A DNA stretch of 64,000 nucleotides, from positions 96,001 to 160,000 of IMG/VR virus record IMGVR_UViG_3300045988_120991; one strand, written 5' to 3'. Positions 48,762 through 58,347 of the stretch are shown piece after piece. Every line of letters starts with the position of its first letter. Position 1 is the stretch's first letter. A program made the position numbers and the translations under genes. The notes under the pieces were generated by a model. That model searched no databases. It was not told the origin of the DNA and was given only the letters and a program-made list of their open reading frames with translations. Origin of the DNA: a virus.

Positions 48762-49667
48762 TTATACATACTGCTCGTATTTCTGACAAATGTTGTCTAC
48801 ATAATAATCACCAAACCCATATTGCTTTGCCAATATTTCTCCCTTGTTTGTCTTCAAGAACTCTCTAAGGTCCAATCCCGTTTCCTTCATACCATGTTGA
48901 AGATAATGCCATAAACCAGACGCTGCAATATTCTTCATTGTTAGACCAGGTATATCTAAATAGTCCCTAAATATTTGAATTTTACGATAAAAGTAGCGAA
49001 AATGCACATCATCAGAGTCTACGCCTCTTGTATTTGGTCTTTCTTTATAAATACGCCCTCTACCGATTACTTGTGAGATCCTCATTGTGTTTCCATATGC
49101 CATAGATTCTGTTTCAGAAAACGCTTTCGGTAAAAATTCTTTTAGTCTTCTTGTCATAGTAAACTCTTTACCGTTTACACATAACTTATCTCCTTGCACA
49201 CAGTCTTCTGTAACTGAATATATATCATTCATATTCTTACCAGCGACACCTTCCCAAAGCAATTCTACGATTGCCTTGTCTACCCAGTTAAGAAGCTGCA
49301 CTTCAACATCATCAAGTTCCTCCCTTGTAAGCAAGATATTTGCATCTTTGTCTACCATATCGGCAACATCTGCTTTTCCAATTGACTCATACGCATTTGT
49401 ACCAACTTCTCCGAATACGAATCTAGAATAATGCTTTAAAACTATGGTGTAATTCAACAAAGAGTTGATTGACTTTGCCTTAAATTTTGCAAGCATATCT
49501 AGAATCTCATCCCTAGTAAACTTTGACACATCCTTATTAAGTTTCTCTTCAAAATCCTCTGTCTTTTTAAAAACTGCATAAAGGCTAGTTTCTGCAACCA
49601 CCTTACTCCTCAAGTACTTTTTTATAAACGTCTCTTTTTGCGCTTCGTTAAACATCTCCTTCTTCAC
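48762..49667 (-). CDS. hypothetical protein (about 300 aa), possibly recombinase-associated
   Basis: Track ORF. The start is uncertain (GTG 49667 or ATG 49655), and I found no catalytic R-H-R-Y set. Confidence 0.5.
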   Translation of the reverse strand: MKKEMFNEAQKETFIKKYLRSKVVAETSLYAVFKKTEDFEEKLNKDVSKFTRDEILDMLAKFKAKSINSLLNYTIVLKHYSRFVFGEVGTNAYESIGKADVADMVDKDANILLTREELDDVEVQLLNWVDKAIVELLWEGVAGKNMNDIYSVTEDCVQGDKLCVNGKEFTMTRRLKEFLPKAFSETESMAYGNTMRISQVIGRGRIYKERPNTRGVDSDDVHFRYFYRKIQIFRDYLDIPGLTMKNIAASGLWHYLQHGMKETGLDLREFLKTNKGEILAKQYGFGDYYVDNICQKYEQYV

Positions 49668-49680
49668 TCCTTATAACTGT

Positions 49681-49709
49681 ATTATACAGTACAATATTAA
49701 TTTTGTCAA
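49681..49709 (-). promoter_or_regulatory. sigma-70-type promoter with the box inverted and placed in the spacer
   Basis: The minus strand reads CTTGACAAAATTAATATTGTACTGTATAATACAG. The plus strand 49685..49700 reads TACAGTACAATATTAA. Confidence 0.65.
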
Positions 49710-49712
49710 GTT

Positions 49713-50690
49713 TTAAATAATGCTATCAAGAATATTAACAGCTTCCTGCTTCTGCTTATCGAGTGCAGCGACATATCTCATAGTCGTATTGACATTATTA
49801 TGCCCCAAAATTTCCTTTATTACTTGCACTGGTACATCGTGTGCTCCCATTTGTGTTGCTGCAGTTGCTCTAAGCTTATGAGGTGTAATATGCTTATCTG
49901 TAACACCCTCAATATATTTCTTCAATAGCAATTCTATATTCTTTGGTGACATTCTATTATTCCATTGTGATACAAACAAAGGACCTCTTTCATCTACATC
50001 AAAATAATCCCTTCTGTCCTGAAGCCAATTTAATAACAATTGTTTCATATTTTCACCAAATCCAATAGTTCTTTCTTTTCTTCCCTTTTCAATAACTGTG
50101 ATTGTATTTGTCTTGAAATTCACATCTTCTACATTTATTTGCACCAATGCAGACTTTCTTAATCCGGTAGAAATGAAAAGTGAGAAGATACACAAATCTC
50201 TATTAAACAATCTTTCTGTAGACTTTTCTTTTATGTTTGCAAACAGCTTACTAATCTCGTCCTCCTCCAAGAATGTTACTTCACTTTTTGCTTTTACTTT
50301 TGGTCTCTTTGCCCCTTCTACCGGATTATTATCTGTAAAACCAAGATCATTCAAGAATACGAATAATTTTTTAATTGCCGACCATTTTGTTGCAAGAATA
50401 CTATCGCCCGTTCTTACAATCTCTCCTTCTTTTTCCTTTGTTCTCTGAGAAGAAATAAACTGCCTTACATTGGATTGAGTTACATTCTTATAATACTCAT
50501 CGTCCTTTTTTCCTCCTGTAATATATTCCATGAATTCAACATTATAATCAATATAATGCTCTATCGTATTATAAGATCTATCATCTTCTTCCATATAACT
50601 ATAAAATTCTGTAAAGATAGGCGGAAGCTTTTTCAATTTTGCCTTAATAACTTTTTGCTTATTCAATTCAGATTCCAAACGTCCGTTCAT
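49713..50690 (-). CDS. tyrosine recombinase / integrase (XerC/D-like)
   Basis: The C-terminal catalytic region reads TGLRKSAL...HKLRATAATQM...LGHNNVNTTMRYV. The SD is AAGGAGGATATTATT. Confidence 0.85.
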   Translation of the reverse strand: MNGRLESELNKQKVIKAKLKKLPPIFTEFYSYMEEDDRSYNTIEHYIDYNVEFMEYITGGKKDDEYYKNVTQSNVRQFISSQRTKEKEGEIVRTGDSILATKWSAIKKLFVFLNDLGFTDNNPVEGAKRPKVKAKSEVTFLEEDEISKLFANIKEKSTERLFNRDLCIFSLFISTGLRKSALVQINVEDVNFKTNTITVIEKGRKERTIGFGENMKQLLLNWLQDRRDYFDVDERGPLFVSQWNNRMSPKNIELLLKKYIEGVTDKHITPHKLRATAATQMGAHDVPVQVIKEILGHNNVNTTMRYVAALDKQKQEAVNILDSII

Positions 50691-50704
50691 AATAATATCC
50701 TCCT

Positions 50705-51148
50705 TTAATTATACTTTGAAGATTTCCAAATAAGATAGAATATTGTTGCACCAATCCAACCGATAATTCTATCATTAAAGATTGTCAGAAGCAACATGAC
50801 GACTACATACAACAAAGTTCCGTTGAATGTGTCTACTGATTGCTTCTTATTTTTACCATCAAGATATAATGGTCCACTCTTTTTCCATTTTTCTGGCTCA
50901 CTAGCATAATACACTTCTTGAAGAATATTCAGAATGTCACGACGAGCTGCAACAACACCCATTTCGTTTTCGTCAATACAGTTATAAATTTCATTCCCGT
51001 GACTGTCGTACAAATAATAATCTCCTTTAATATAATGCATTTGATTGTCTACCATACATTTTATATACCCCTCTAAACGCAGTTTTGTCTTATACTTGCC
51101 TTTTCTTTGCATATCGTTTAGCCACTTATCAAATCCCGGTTTTGCCAT
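50705..51148 (-). CDS. membrane-anchored protein (147 aa)
   Basis: I trimmed the track ORF to ATG 51148 (GAAGGTGGATTA upstream, TAATG overlap). It has C-terminal hydrophobic helices. Confidence 0.55.
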   Translation of the reverse strand: MAKPGFDKWLNDMQRKGKYKTKLRLEGYIKCMVDNQMHYIKGDYYLYDSHGNEIYNCIDENEMGVVAARRDILNILQEVYYASEPEKWKKSGPLYLDGKNKKQSVDTFNGTLLYVVVMLLLTIFNDRIIGWIGATIFYLIWKSSKYN

Positions 51149-51573
51149 TAATCCACCTTCTTTCCAACATACTCCCAATAATTGCCCACAACTCCATCCG
51201 TACAATCCCAAATGTCATACCAGCTATGGTCACACAGATAGCTCATATGGTGAGTACCCACATGAGCAAGACATCTTCCGTTATAAATCTTTGCAAACTC
51301 ATAACCTCTATATTTCTGTCTATTGCTCTTCACAGGTTGCTTCATTTTCTTCCAACCATTCTCCTCAAAATACAAGGTATAATTTTCTACTGCCGTTACC
51401 ATATATCCAGTTCTAATTGAATATTCTACGAGTTTTCTTAAAACATCTTCCCATGTTTTTCCTTCTGCCGCTGCAATTGCACGAATTACACAATCATCAG
51501 TTCTTTTACCTTTAGGATTTGCGTTGTAATAAACATATGCAGGTTCCCCATTGTACTTTGTCTTCTTAAACAT
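51148..51573 (-). CDS. hypothetical protein (141 aa)
   Basis: I trimmed the track ORF to ATG 51573 (GTGGAGGTATTGAAA upstream). Confidence 0.55.
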   Translation of the reverse strand: MFKKTKYNGEPAYVYYNANPKGKRTDDCVIRAIAAAEGKTWEDVLRKLVEYSIRTGYMVTAVENYTLYFEENGWKKMKQPVKSNRQKYRGYEFAKIYNGRCLAHVGTHHMSYLCDHSWYDIWDCTDGVVGNYWEYVGKKVD

Positions 51574-51799
51574 TTTCAATACCTCCACAAAGTCTTTCTT
51601 TTCTTTCAATTCTCTTTCGTTTTGCTGCAGCTCTTTGTTGCCACCAATTATGGGTTTCATTCTTCTCTAGGTGCCAACATTGCTTTTGCAAGCAATTCTT
51701 TTGTCTGATTTGTTTTACCGTTAAATAACAAGAATGATGATGACAATAGGCGGCGCAGTTCTTAGATTCACACCTATTCAATGTTTTCATCAACATCAA
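51566..51799 (-). CDS. Cys/His-rich protein (77 aa)
   Basis: Track ORF. Confidence 0.45.
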   Translation of the reverse strand: MMLMKTLNRCESKNCAAYCHHHSCYLTVKQIRQKNCLQKQCWHLEKNETHNWWQQRAAAKRKRIERKERLCGGIENV

Positions 51800-51861
51800 C
51801 CTTCCTTTCTTTTATAATAACGCCTTAATTTCGTATTGTCAATAATTTTGAGAATATTTTG

Positions 51862-52383
51862 TCAACTTGCCATCCTCTTTTCAAACGCTGTTTTGTATCT
51901 TGCGTAAGCTGCAACTTCATCATATCCATTTTTCTTCAAAATCTCCCGCCTTTCCTTTTCGTCCAACACCCTCATAACACGAATTGCACTTGTAATAATC
52001 CACGTTCCACGAGAACCTTCCTTAAACCAGTAGAATCCATTCTCTGGGACTTTGTCTTTCATACACTTTCCTGGGAGCTTCAATACCTCCTCTCTATAAT
52101 CATTTGTTGCATCGTATTCACACAAGCACCATACTCGTTTCCATCCTTTATTCCTTCCCTTATAAGGTCCAAGGTCAGAACCGTCATATCCACGAAGCCA
52201 AGGAGCATCAGGGATATCCATACCAAGGTGCCATCCTGGTCTGAGCGAAAACCCCTTTGTCGGCAAATTCTCTGCAGGAATCCATTCTCCAATCTTAGTT
52301 TCCTTATTTTTGCCAATAAAAAGAGGATACAACTTGCCAGTAGTATCCATTTCAAACAGTTTGTAACCATATCCAGTTTTCAT
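51862..52383 (-). CDS. hypothetical protein (173 aa)
   Basis: I trimmed the track ORF to ATG 52383 (GAAAGGAGATTTTAAA upstream). Confidence 0.55.
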   Translation of the reverse strand: MKTGYGYKLFEMDTTGKLYPLFIGKNKETKIGEWIPAENLPTKGFSLRPGWHLGMDIPDAPWLRGYDGSDLGPYKGRNKGWKRVWCLCEYDATNDYREEVLKLPGKCMKDKVPENGFYWFKEGSRGTWIITSAIRVMRVLDEKERREILKKNGYDEVAAYARYKTAFEKRMAS

Positions 52384-52397
52384 TTTAAAATCTCCTT

Positions 52398-52643
52398 TCA
52401 AACATTACAAGCAACGACTTCCGTCATAATAATATGACCTCCAGTACAATGAAAGTCATATCTGTGATATAATGCACCGGGCATCACATCATACTCCTCT
52501 CTTACACCAAACAAATCACACTTCTCTTCAAAACTCATCTCCTCAAAATCCAAAACTTCTTCATCATTCTCAAGCTCGTACACATAAACACGGTCTGCCG
52601 ATTCGTCCCAACCACAAAGAGGTGAAGTATAAATGTGTTTCAT
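52398..52643 (-). CDS. hypothetical protein (81 aa)
   Basis: Track ORF. Confidence 0.5.
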   Translation of the reverse strand: MKHIYTSPLCGWDESADRVYVYELENDEEVLDFEEMSFEEKCDLFGVREEYDVMPGALYHRYDFHCTGGHIIMTEVVACNV

Positions 52644-52656
52644 AATTAATTTCCTT

Positions 52657-53013
52657 TCAATATTCCATAGTTGTTACTTTACCGACAACATTACAGTGAC
52701 TAACATATAGCCACAAACACTTTCCGTTTTCTATATTTTCCATTAGGTCTTTTACTTCGTTTTCCTTGTACTTTGACCCGTGTACGTTTTTATAGTTTCT
52801 ACTTTTAACTGCGACTCTTATCGCTCCATAGGCATTATTACTGGCTTCGGCTCGGTAATTCCCATCATCATCCTTATAAATCTCATAAATGAAATTGCAA
52901 ACTCCATCTGGCATTCGTCTACTTCCAATAAATCCTGTATAATACGGTTCCCAATCAATTTTTTCGTGCGTCCGACAAGGCTGCGTATAATGAATAGGTC
53001 TATTAATTTTCAT
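52657..53013 (-). CDS. hypothetical protein (118 aa)
   Basis: Track ORF. Confidence 0.55.
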   Translation of the reverse strand: MKINRPIHYTQPCRTHEKIDWEPYYTGFIGSRRMPDGVCNFIYEIYKDDDGNYRAEASNNAYGAIRVAVKSRNYKNVHGSKYKENEVKDLMENIENGKCLWLYVSHCNVVGKVTTMEY

Positions 53014-53025
53014 AATTAATCTCCT

Positions 53026-53298
53026 TTACATTTTCAAGATTTCCTCCAACAGAGCTTCTGCTTTTTTATCTTCTGTGTCATGATATAGAGTACCATCATA
53101 ATAAAGATACCTTCTATCAAGATAACCAAGATCAAAAAGTTTTTCGGCACATCTCCAATCTATCTCAAATTCGCTTACCCATGAATTAAATATATTAACT
53201 ATGTTATCCAGAGTCTCCAATAATTCATTTCCATCAAATTTCACTCCATCTACAATATAATACGTAGTTGGAATCATCTTAGTAATTTTAGTAATCAT
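53026..53298 (-). CDS. hypothetical protein (90 aa)
   Basis: I trimmed the track ORF to ATG 53298 (GGAGGATTAAA upstream). Confidence 0.5.
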   Translation of the reverse strand: MITKITKMIPTTYYIVDGVKFDGNELLETLDNIVNIFNSWVSEFEIDWRCAEKLFDLGYLDRRYLYYDGTLYHDTEDKKAEALLEEILKM

Positions 53299-53299
53299 T

Positions 53300-54016
53300 T
53301 TAATCCTCCAAGAAGTTATCTTCCAACACAAGTACATTTACCTTGTGTGTCCAAGCAGTGCAGGCATCCAAACCAATGCATCCATCGTGCTCAATAATAT
53401 CAAAGCAAGCATCTTCATCGAACTCACTACCAATTCCCTTTCTGTGCCAACCGTAGCTATTATGAAAATGTCCATGTACAATCGTCTTGCCAGTTTTATT
53501 TCCAATTACTGACGCAATATCAAAAGGATTGCCCCAAAACGCCTTGTTCCATTTGCTTTGTGAAGCATATCTCCAGTCTTTGCCGCCAGGAATCCAGCTA
53601 TGTACAAAAACATAGTGTTCTGTCTCAAAGTAATTCACCAACAAGCTCATATACTTTTGATATTCTGGATCATCTCTCAGTTCTCCAAGAATCTGAGCGT
53701 GGCTCATGAGCCCAGCATTTTCCTTTGTGCAAAAATCATATGCAGTATTTGCTGTACCATTATGGAAATCATGCATTAGAAAACATCTTCTTTGAATTGC
53801 GTCTTGCATGAGTTGTTCATGATTTCCTTTAACCAATACTTTATTTGGTAGTCCATTGAGAAACTCAATTACTTCCCTAGGTTGTTTGCCTCTATCCATT
53901 GCATCTCCGCAACTTATAAATAAATCTGTTTCAGGATTAAAGTTTACTTTATCCAATGCATCCATTAATTTATCGTAAAATCCGTGAATATCACTGCAAA
54001 CTACAAGTCTCTGCAT
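53300..54016 (-). CDS. PPP-family Ser/Thr (lambda-like) protein phosphatase
   Basis: The motifs are CSDIHG, CGDAMDRG, GNHE and HGH. Confidence 0.85.
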   Translation of the reverse strand: MQRLVVCSDIHGFYDKLMDALDKVNFNPETDLFISCGDAMDRGKQPREVIEFLNGLPNKVLVKGNHEQLMQDAIQRRCFLMHDFHNGTANTAYDFCTKENAGLMSHAQILGELRDDPEYQKYMSLLVNYFETEHYVFVHSWIPGGKDWRYASQSKWNKAFWGNPFDIASVIGNKTGKTIVHGHFHNSYGWHRKGIGSEFDEDACFDIIEHDGCIGLDACTAWTHKVNVLVLEDNFLED

Positions 54017-54030
54017 CTTTTATTCCTCCA

Positions 54031-54450
54031 TTACAGGTTATTTCCTTGGTCAAAACTTGATACTCTATCTTCTTTAGCAAACCTAAACATATCCATACAA
54101 GAAATTCTCTTAGCCGCTTCTTCTTTCTCTTCTTCTGTGCCAATGTACACTTCATAAAGTGTATCCTCTCTGCCAACAATATCTCTTACAAATTTCACTT
54201 TTCTTTGATGCTTCTCATAGTAGTCAATGATTTTGTCTACATATTTTACTGTATCATCATCATCCATATCTCCGTAGAAGTATGTGATTAACTTGTCGTA
54301 TACAAGAACATTTGTATCAAACAACTCCCAAACATCACCAAATTCATCAATAATTACATTGTACTCTGTTGTGATTTGCCCAATTGTATATTCGTGTCCT
54401 CCATCAGAAGTGTAAATCAACGCTCCGTATTTCTTTTCTAATTTACTCAT
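54031..54450 (-). CDS. hypothetical protein (139 aa)
   Basis: Track ORF. Confidence 0.55.
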   Translation of the reverse strand: MSKLEKKYGALIYTSDGGHEYTIGQITTEYNVIIDEFGDVWELFDTNVLVYDKLITYFYGDMDDDDTVKYVDKIIDYYEKHQRKVKFVRDIVGREDTLYEVYIGTEEEKEEAAKRISCMDMFRFAKEDRVSSFDQGNNL

Positions 54451-54463
54451 TTTTTATTCCTCC

Positions 54464-54691
54464 TTAAATCTTCTTGCGACGAAAAGTTTTATTATCAATC
54501 AGGACAATGTGTCCTTTCTCAATTTTTCGCATGAAGCTATTAAACTTTTTCTCATCAGTTTCTGTTGTGTTGATTCCAATGTCACCAATGTATTCAGTAC
54601 GAATTATCTTATAGCACTTATTTTTGAGTTCTACCATCATTTCCTTTCTTGTTACTGGTTTGCCGTTTACATAATATTGATATTTGTTCAT
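54464..54691 (-). CDS. hypothetical protein (75 aa)
   Basis: Track ORF. Confidence 0.5.
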   Translation of the reverse strand: MNKYQYYVNGKPVTRKEMMVELKNKCYKIIRTEYIGDIGINTTETDEKKFNSFMRKIEKGHIVLIDNKTFRRKKI

Positions 54692-54703
54692 TAATATTCC
54701 TCC

Positions 54704-55318
54704 TTAATTAAACCATTTAATTTTCGGTTCTCCATTGAACCCTTTTTGCCAGATATACCAGCAATAAGCAACTGCTGAATCAGCCTTCAGATTTCCATTT
54801 TTATCCTTCTTAAATTCACCGTTCTTTGCACAACCAATACGAGAAGTAGAAACATAAACCGTCTTAGGTGGATACTTTTTAAACAATTCTCTTCTGCTTT
54901 GCCCCTCAAGAAATGTCAACTTAAGAAACATTGCAACCTTATGCCCGTCTGTTACAACTTCCATTGCATGTTCTACAAATTCTTTTGCCATACTATAGGG
55001 AGGATTTGTAACAATATCTACATCCATTGGTTTGTTCATGCAGAAAAAGTCTACTCCTCCAATACCATACCCTCTGTCAATAAGATCTGTTGCCAAAACC
55101 CTATGCCCATGAGCTTTAAGAACCTCCGCAATATGTCCCTCTCCACAAGCCGGTTCCATAATTATTTCGCTGAAACCCTCAAGCCCAAGCAACATCTCTA
55201 CTGCACTAGGAGGAGTCGCATAATAATCATTTGCTTCTCGTTCAGTATCACTGTGATTACTTGCTCCGTGACAAGAATAAATTGCCTTACTATTACCGGT
55301 CCAATCACTAGTTGTCAT
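54704..55318 (-). CDS. DNA methyltransferase, NPPY type (N6-adenine or N4-cytosine)
   Basis: The SAM motif is EPACGEGHI and the catalytic motif is IVTNPPYS. Confidence 0.8.
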   Translation of the reverse strand: MTTSDWTGNSKAIYSCHGASNHSDTEREANDYYATPPSAVEMLLGLEGFSEIIMEPACGEGHIAEVLKAHGHRVLATDLIDRGYGIGGVDFFCMNKPMDVDIVTNPPYSMAKEFVEHAMEVVTDGHKVAMFLKLTFLEGQSRRELFKKYPPKTVYVSTSRIGCAKNGEFKKDKNGNLKADSAVAYCWYIWQKGFNGEPKIKWFN

Positions 55319-55336
55319 TATGTCATTTCCTTTCTG

Positions 55337-55510
55337 TTATTCATTAACCAAAACTACAGTTTCGCCGTCTTCAAATTCTTTTCCACATATATCACAATAA
55401 CGTCCATGTGGGTCGTCGAAATCTTCTGTTGCATCAAACCATTGCCAGTAATCAAACTCAGCTTCTTTGTATGTTTCATCTCCTTTAAAGCATTGTTTGC
55501 AAATAATCAT
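55337..55510 (-). CDS. small zinc-ribbon protein (57 aa)
   Basis: I trimmed the track ORF to ATG 55510 (CAAGGAGGTGATTTA upstream). It contains CKQC...CDICG. Confidence 0.5.
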   Translation of the reverse strand: MIICKQCFKGDETYKEAEFDYWQWFDATEDFDDPHGRYCDICGKEFEDGETVVLVNE

Positions 55511-55527
55511 TAAATCACCTCCTTGCG

Positions 55528-55542
55528 TTAATTTTGTATTGT
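55528..55542 (-). promoter_or_regulatory. conserved box copy next to TTGACC
   Basis: The minus strand reads TTGACCAACATTAACAATACAAAATTAACGCAAGGAGG. Confidence 0.5.
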
Positions 55543-56237
55543 TAATGTTGGTCAAATTTAATAGATTGGATTTTCTTATTGAAGCACTTCCTACAAATAC
55601 TACAAGTGATTGTTTTATCCTTTTGGTTAGGACAACCAGTCGTTCCATTCGGAAACTCAGGATTCAAAGTTTTGTCTTTAAAGTCTACATAGGCAATAGG
55701 TAAGCTGTGAGGATTTTCTACCTTCCAACCAATATGCCATGCAGAGAATCTTACTGTGAAGTTATCTGGCAAATCTCCATTCTTATCAATCCATTCGTTA
55801 ACAATCCAATATTTCTTTGTGTATGCAAGGAACTTAATGTCGGGAAATGTGTTTGCCAAGTCTACCATACCAACAAAGAAATCTGCATCTGGAATGTCGC
55901 CGCTATCAGTCCAACGAAACAAAGGATAGGGACGGTGTTTAATCTTAAATTTCACTTGCTCCCAGAAGTCTACAGGATTTGTATTATACAATCTCAAGTT
56001 TCTTGCATATGCAGCCTGTACAACTGCTAATTGCTGTCTGCCCTTGTTGCAATAACAGCCTCCCTCTCTGCACGGTGCATCCTCACGGCATGTACAAATA
56101 GGAAATGCTAGGTCATTACACAAGGGTCCAGTCTTACTATTTCTGTCGCTGATATGCACCTCATTACTTTGTGCTGCGAGATAATTAATATAGTCTTCTC
56201 TTTCCATCCATACTTTGCTTTCATTTTTCTTTTTCAT
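55542..56237 (-). CDS. Cys-rich protein (231 aa), function unknown
   Basis: I trimmed the track ORF to ATG 56237 (GGAGGTACAAATT upstream). It has the clusters CTCREDAPCREGGCYC and CSICRKC. Confidence 0.55.
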   Translation of the reverse strand: MKKKNESKVWMEREDYINYLAAQSNEVHISDRNSKTGPLCNDLAFPICTCREDAPCREGGCYCNKGRQQLAVVQAAYARNLRLYNTNPVDFWEQVKFKIKHRPYPLFRWTDSGDIPDADFFVGMVDLANTFPDIKFLAYTKKYWIVNEWIDKNGDLPDNFTVRFSAWHIGWKVENPHSLPIAYVDFKDKTLNPEFPNGTTGCPNQKDKTITCSICRKCFNKKIQSIKFDQH

Positions 56238-56250
56238 AATTTGTACCTCC

Positions 56251-56280
56251 ATTATACATTAATTTTGTATCCTTGTCAAG
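56251..56280 (-). promoter_or_regulatory. sigma-70-type promoter with the box inside the spacer
   Basis: The minus strand reads CTTGACAAGGATACAAAATTAATGTATAATGGAGG. Confidence 0.7.
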
Positions 56281-56281
56281 T

Positions 56282-56302
56282 AAAAAGGAGCCTTTCGGCT
56301 CC
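56282..56302 (-). terminator. rho-independent terminator
   Basis: The minus strand reads GGAGCC-GAAA-GGCTCC followed by TTTTT. Confidence 0.75.
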
Positions 56303-56464
56303 TTACATTTCCCAAAATCCAACTTTATTCCCGTTAATGTCTATAATTGCGCCGTGGTCATATCCTCGCCTTACCTTATGCACAATTTCCTCAAGGATAC
56401 GAGCTACCTCAGTACCACCATATTCATCAAAAGCCGCATTACTTGTATTGAATTCAATTTTCAT
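56303..56464 (-). CDS. small protein (53 aa), not in track
   Basis: ATG 56464 follows GGGAGAATTAAAA. The translation is MKIEFNTSNAAFDEYGGTEVARILEEI... Confidence 0.5.
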   Translation of the reverse strand: MKIEFNTSNAAFDEYGGTEVARILEEIVHKVRRGYDHGAIIDINGNKVGFWEM

Positions 56465-56477
56465 TTTTAATTCTCCC

Positions 56478-56858
56478 TTAAAACTTCAAAGTGTTTTTTG
56501 CAATCTCCGAAAGCATATGCGTAAAGTCTTCAACAACTTTACTTAACAGATATACATCTGCCCAATCGCCATCAGATGTTGTTGTCATATACCATCCGTT
56601 GCCTGAGTACTCTTCAATTCCGTAAATGTCGCTATAGTTATACTTTAGATATGTCATAAACATATTGAACTCATTTTCTGAAGTAATTTTGTAAGCGACG
56701 TGAGTATAAAGGCCGTCGTCTCCATAAGGAATTTGTACGTCAAACTTCTGCAAATTGACATCTTTAAATGCATTTGCTTCATACTCCACGCAATCGCTAC
56801 GGCTCACAAATTCCTTTCCATCAAATGCCTTGTAAACTGTGCTTGTAATTTCTTTCAT
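56478..56858 (-). CDS. hypothetical protein (126 aa)
   Basis: I trimmed the track ORF to ATG 56858 (GGGGAGGAATATTAAA upstream). Confidence 0.55.
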   Translation of the reverse strand: MKEITSTVYKAFDGKEFVSRSDCVEYEANAFKDVNLQKFDVQIPYGDDGLYTHVAYKITSENEFNMFMTYLKYNYSDIYGIEEYSGNGWYMTTTSDGDWADVYLLSKVVEDFTHMLSEIAKNTLKF

Positions 56859-56859
56859 T

Positions 56860-57084
56860 TTAATATTCCTCCCCATCAATCTGATTTCCATTGTACCATT
56901 CACGAAGATAATCTTCGTCAAAGCAATCGACTTCCCAAGAACCATCCATAAATGTCCCATCATCTGGAATAGGAATAACACCTGCATCATCTTTTGCAAT
57001 TTCAATTGCTTCTGCAAGAGTATTTGCTTCAACCTTTACAGTTCCCATCATTGCCCAACACACAGGAATTTTCCAAGTTTTCAT
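56860..57084 (-). CDS. hypothetical protein (74 aa)
   Basis: Track ORF. Confidence 0.5.
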   Translation of the reverse strand: MKTWKIPVCWAMMGTVKVEANTLAEAIEIAKDDAGVIPIPDDGTFMDGSWEVDCFDEDYLREWYNGNQIDGEEY

Positions 57085-57231
57085 TTAATTTTCCTTCCTT
57101 TCATAAATCATAGAATGAATCGCATCATTTACAACATCAAGGTCTTCCCAATATTCTTCTGGGATATTAAGAAGCCTTAATTCTTCTTCATCAAGTGTAA
57201 CATATGTTTGAACATACTTATTATTTTCCAT
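57085..57231 (-). CDS. small acidic protein (48 aa), not in track
   Basis: ATG 57231 follows GAGGAGGAAGGCTAA. Confidence 0.45.
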   Translation of the reverse strand: MENNKYVQTYVTLDEEELRLLNIPEEYWEDLDVVNDAIHSMIYERKEN

Positions 57232-57702
57232 TTAGCCTTCCTCCTCCAAAATCCAATCATATCCGAACCATTTAATTTCGTCATCCGAAAATCCTATGGC
57301 GTCCAAATCTCTTCGTACAATCGCAAGCTCTACGTTTCCGTTATTTGTACAACATTTAATTGCATTGTCAAGCAATTCAAGTGCCCTTCTGTATGTAATA
57401 TATCCAGAATTATGTGTCTTGTCTGGTGAAATTTCATTTCCATTTTCGTCTTCGTCGCCTTCAACCCACCAAGATGACCACATATTGTAAGTTTCACTTA
57501 ACCTTTCTACCATAAACTCTTCGCAACAAGAATCTTCGACATATGCTCTATAATCAGGATCTTCAATTTCTTCTGTGCTATGCCATTCAGAATAATATTC
57601 GTCAAGCATATCAAGAATTTCCCTTTCAAGATGTTTGTACGCATCATCCCATTCGATACATAATTCTCTTTCAAAACAATTTACCCAATATTTTGTTATC
57701 AT
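57232..57702 (-). CDS. hypothetical acidic protein (156 aa)
   Basis: Track ORF. Confidence 0.55.
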   Translation of the reverse strand: MITKYWVNCFERELCIEWDDAYKHLEREILDMLDEYYSEWHSTEEIEDPDYRAYVEDSCCEEFMVERLSETYNMWSSWWVEGDEDENGNEISPDKTHNSGYITYRRALELLDNAIKCCTNNGNVELAIVRRDLDAIGFSDDEIKWFGYDWILEEEG

Positions 57703-57969
57703 TTATTCCTCCTCCTCATGAATATTAATTTTAAATTCATTGGTATAGTCTTCATTGTTTGCATCTGCATATACTAAAACATTAATTCCTTTGTCTTGTA
57801 TAATTTCATAATCCTCATTATAATGATACTTTTGTCCCACTACTGCAATGTCTTGTAGCCACACTCCATTTTTATCTTCAAGAGAAACAATCACTTCTCT
57901 ATAATCCTTGTCTGCTCCTCTTTCAGCAACTAATGTTGCAAATCCAAGGTCGATTTTAATTTTATCCAT
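57703..57969 (-). CDS. hypothetical protein (88 aa)
   Basis: Track ORF. Confidence 0.5.
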   Translation of the reverse strand: MDKIKIDLGFATLVAERGADKDYREVIVSLEDKNGVWLQDIAVVGQKYHYNEDYEIIQDKGINVLVYADANNEDYTNEFKINIHEEEE

Positions 57970-58191
57970 TTACATTTCCTCCTCATCAATCTCTATATTA
58001 AACTCAATATGGATACTCTTTCTTTTCTCATCATAGAAAATATCCATACCTCCAATTTCGTAATCCTCCCACTCAGAATGCCTCAGATCTTCTTCTGAAA
58101 TATCAAATGCTCTTTCGCTATTACAATCAAATATCGAAAATTCTACACCATCAATAGTACAGCAAGTATTAATAAAATCATAAATTGTCAT
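57970..58191 (-). CDS. hypothetical protein (73 aa)
   Basis: Track ORF. Confidence 0.5.
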   Translation of the reverse strand: MTIYDFINTCCTIDGVEFSIFDCNSERAFDISEEDLRHSEWEDYEIGGMDIFYDEKRKSIHIEFNIEIDEEEM

Positions 58192-58310
58192 TTACTCGTC
58201 CTCCTATTCTCTTCATAGTACCCGCCGATGTAATAAGCAATGCAGTCTGCCTCAATTTCGTTCCACACAGTTTCGTAAGGAATCCCCTTTGAATCGTACA
58301 CAGTATACAT
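58188..58310 (-). CDS. small protein (40 aa), not in track
   Basis: ATG 58310 follows GGAAGGAAATTAAA, and its stop overlaps the next start as ATGA. Confidence 0.4.
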   Translation of the reverse strand: MYTVYDSKGIPYETVWNEIEADCIAYYIGGYYEENRRTSK

Positions 58311-58347
58311 TTTAATTTCCTTCCTTTCCATATAGCTAGCCTTATTT

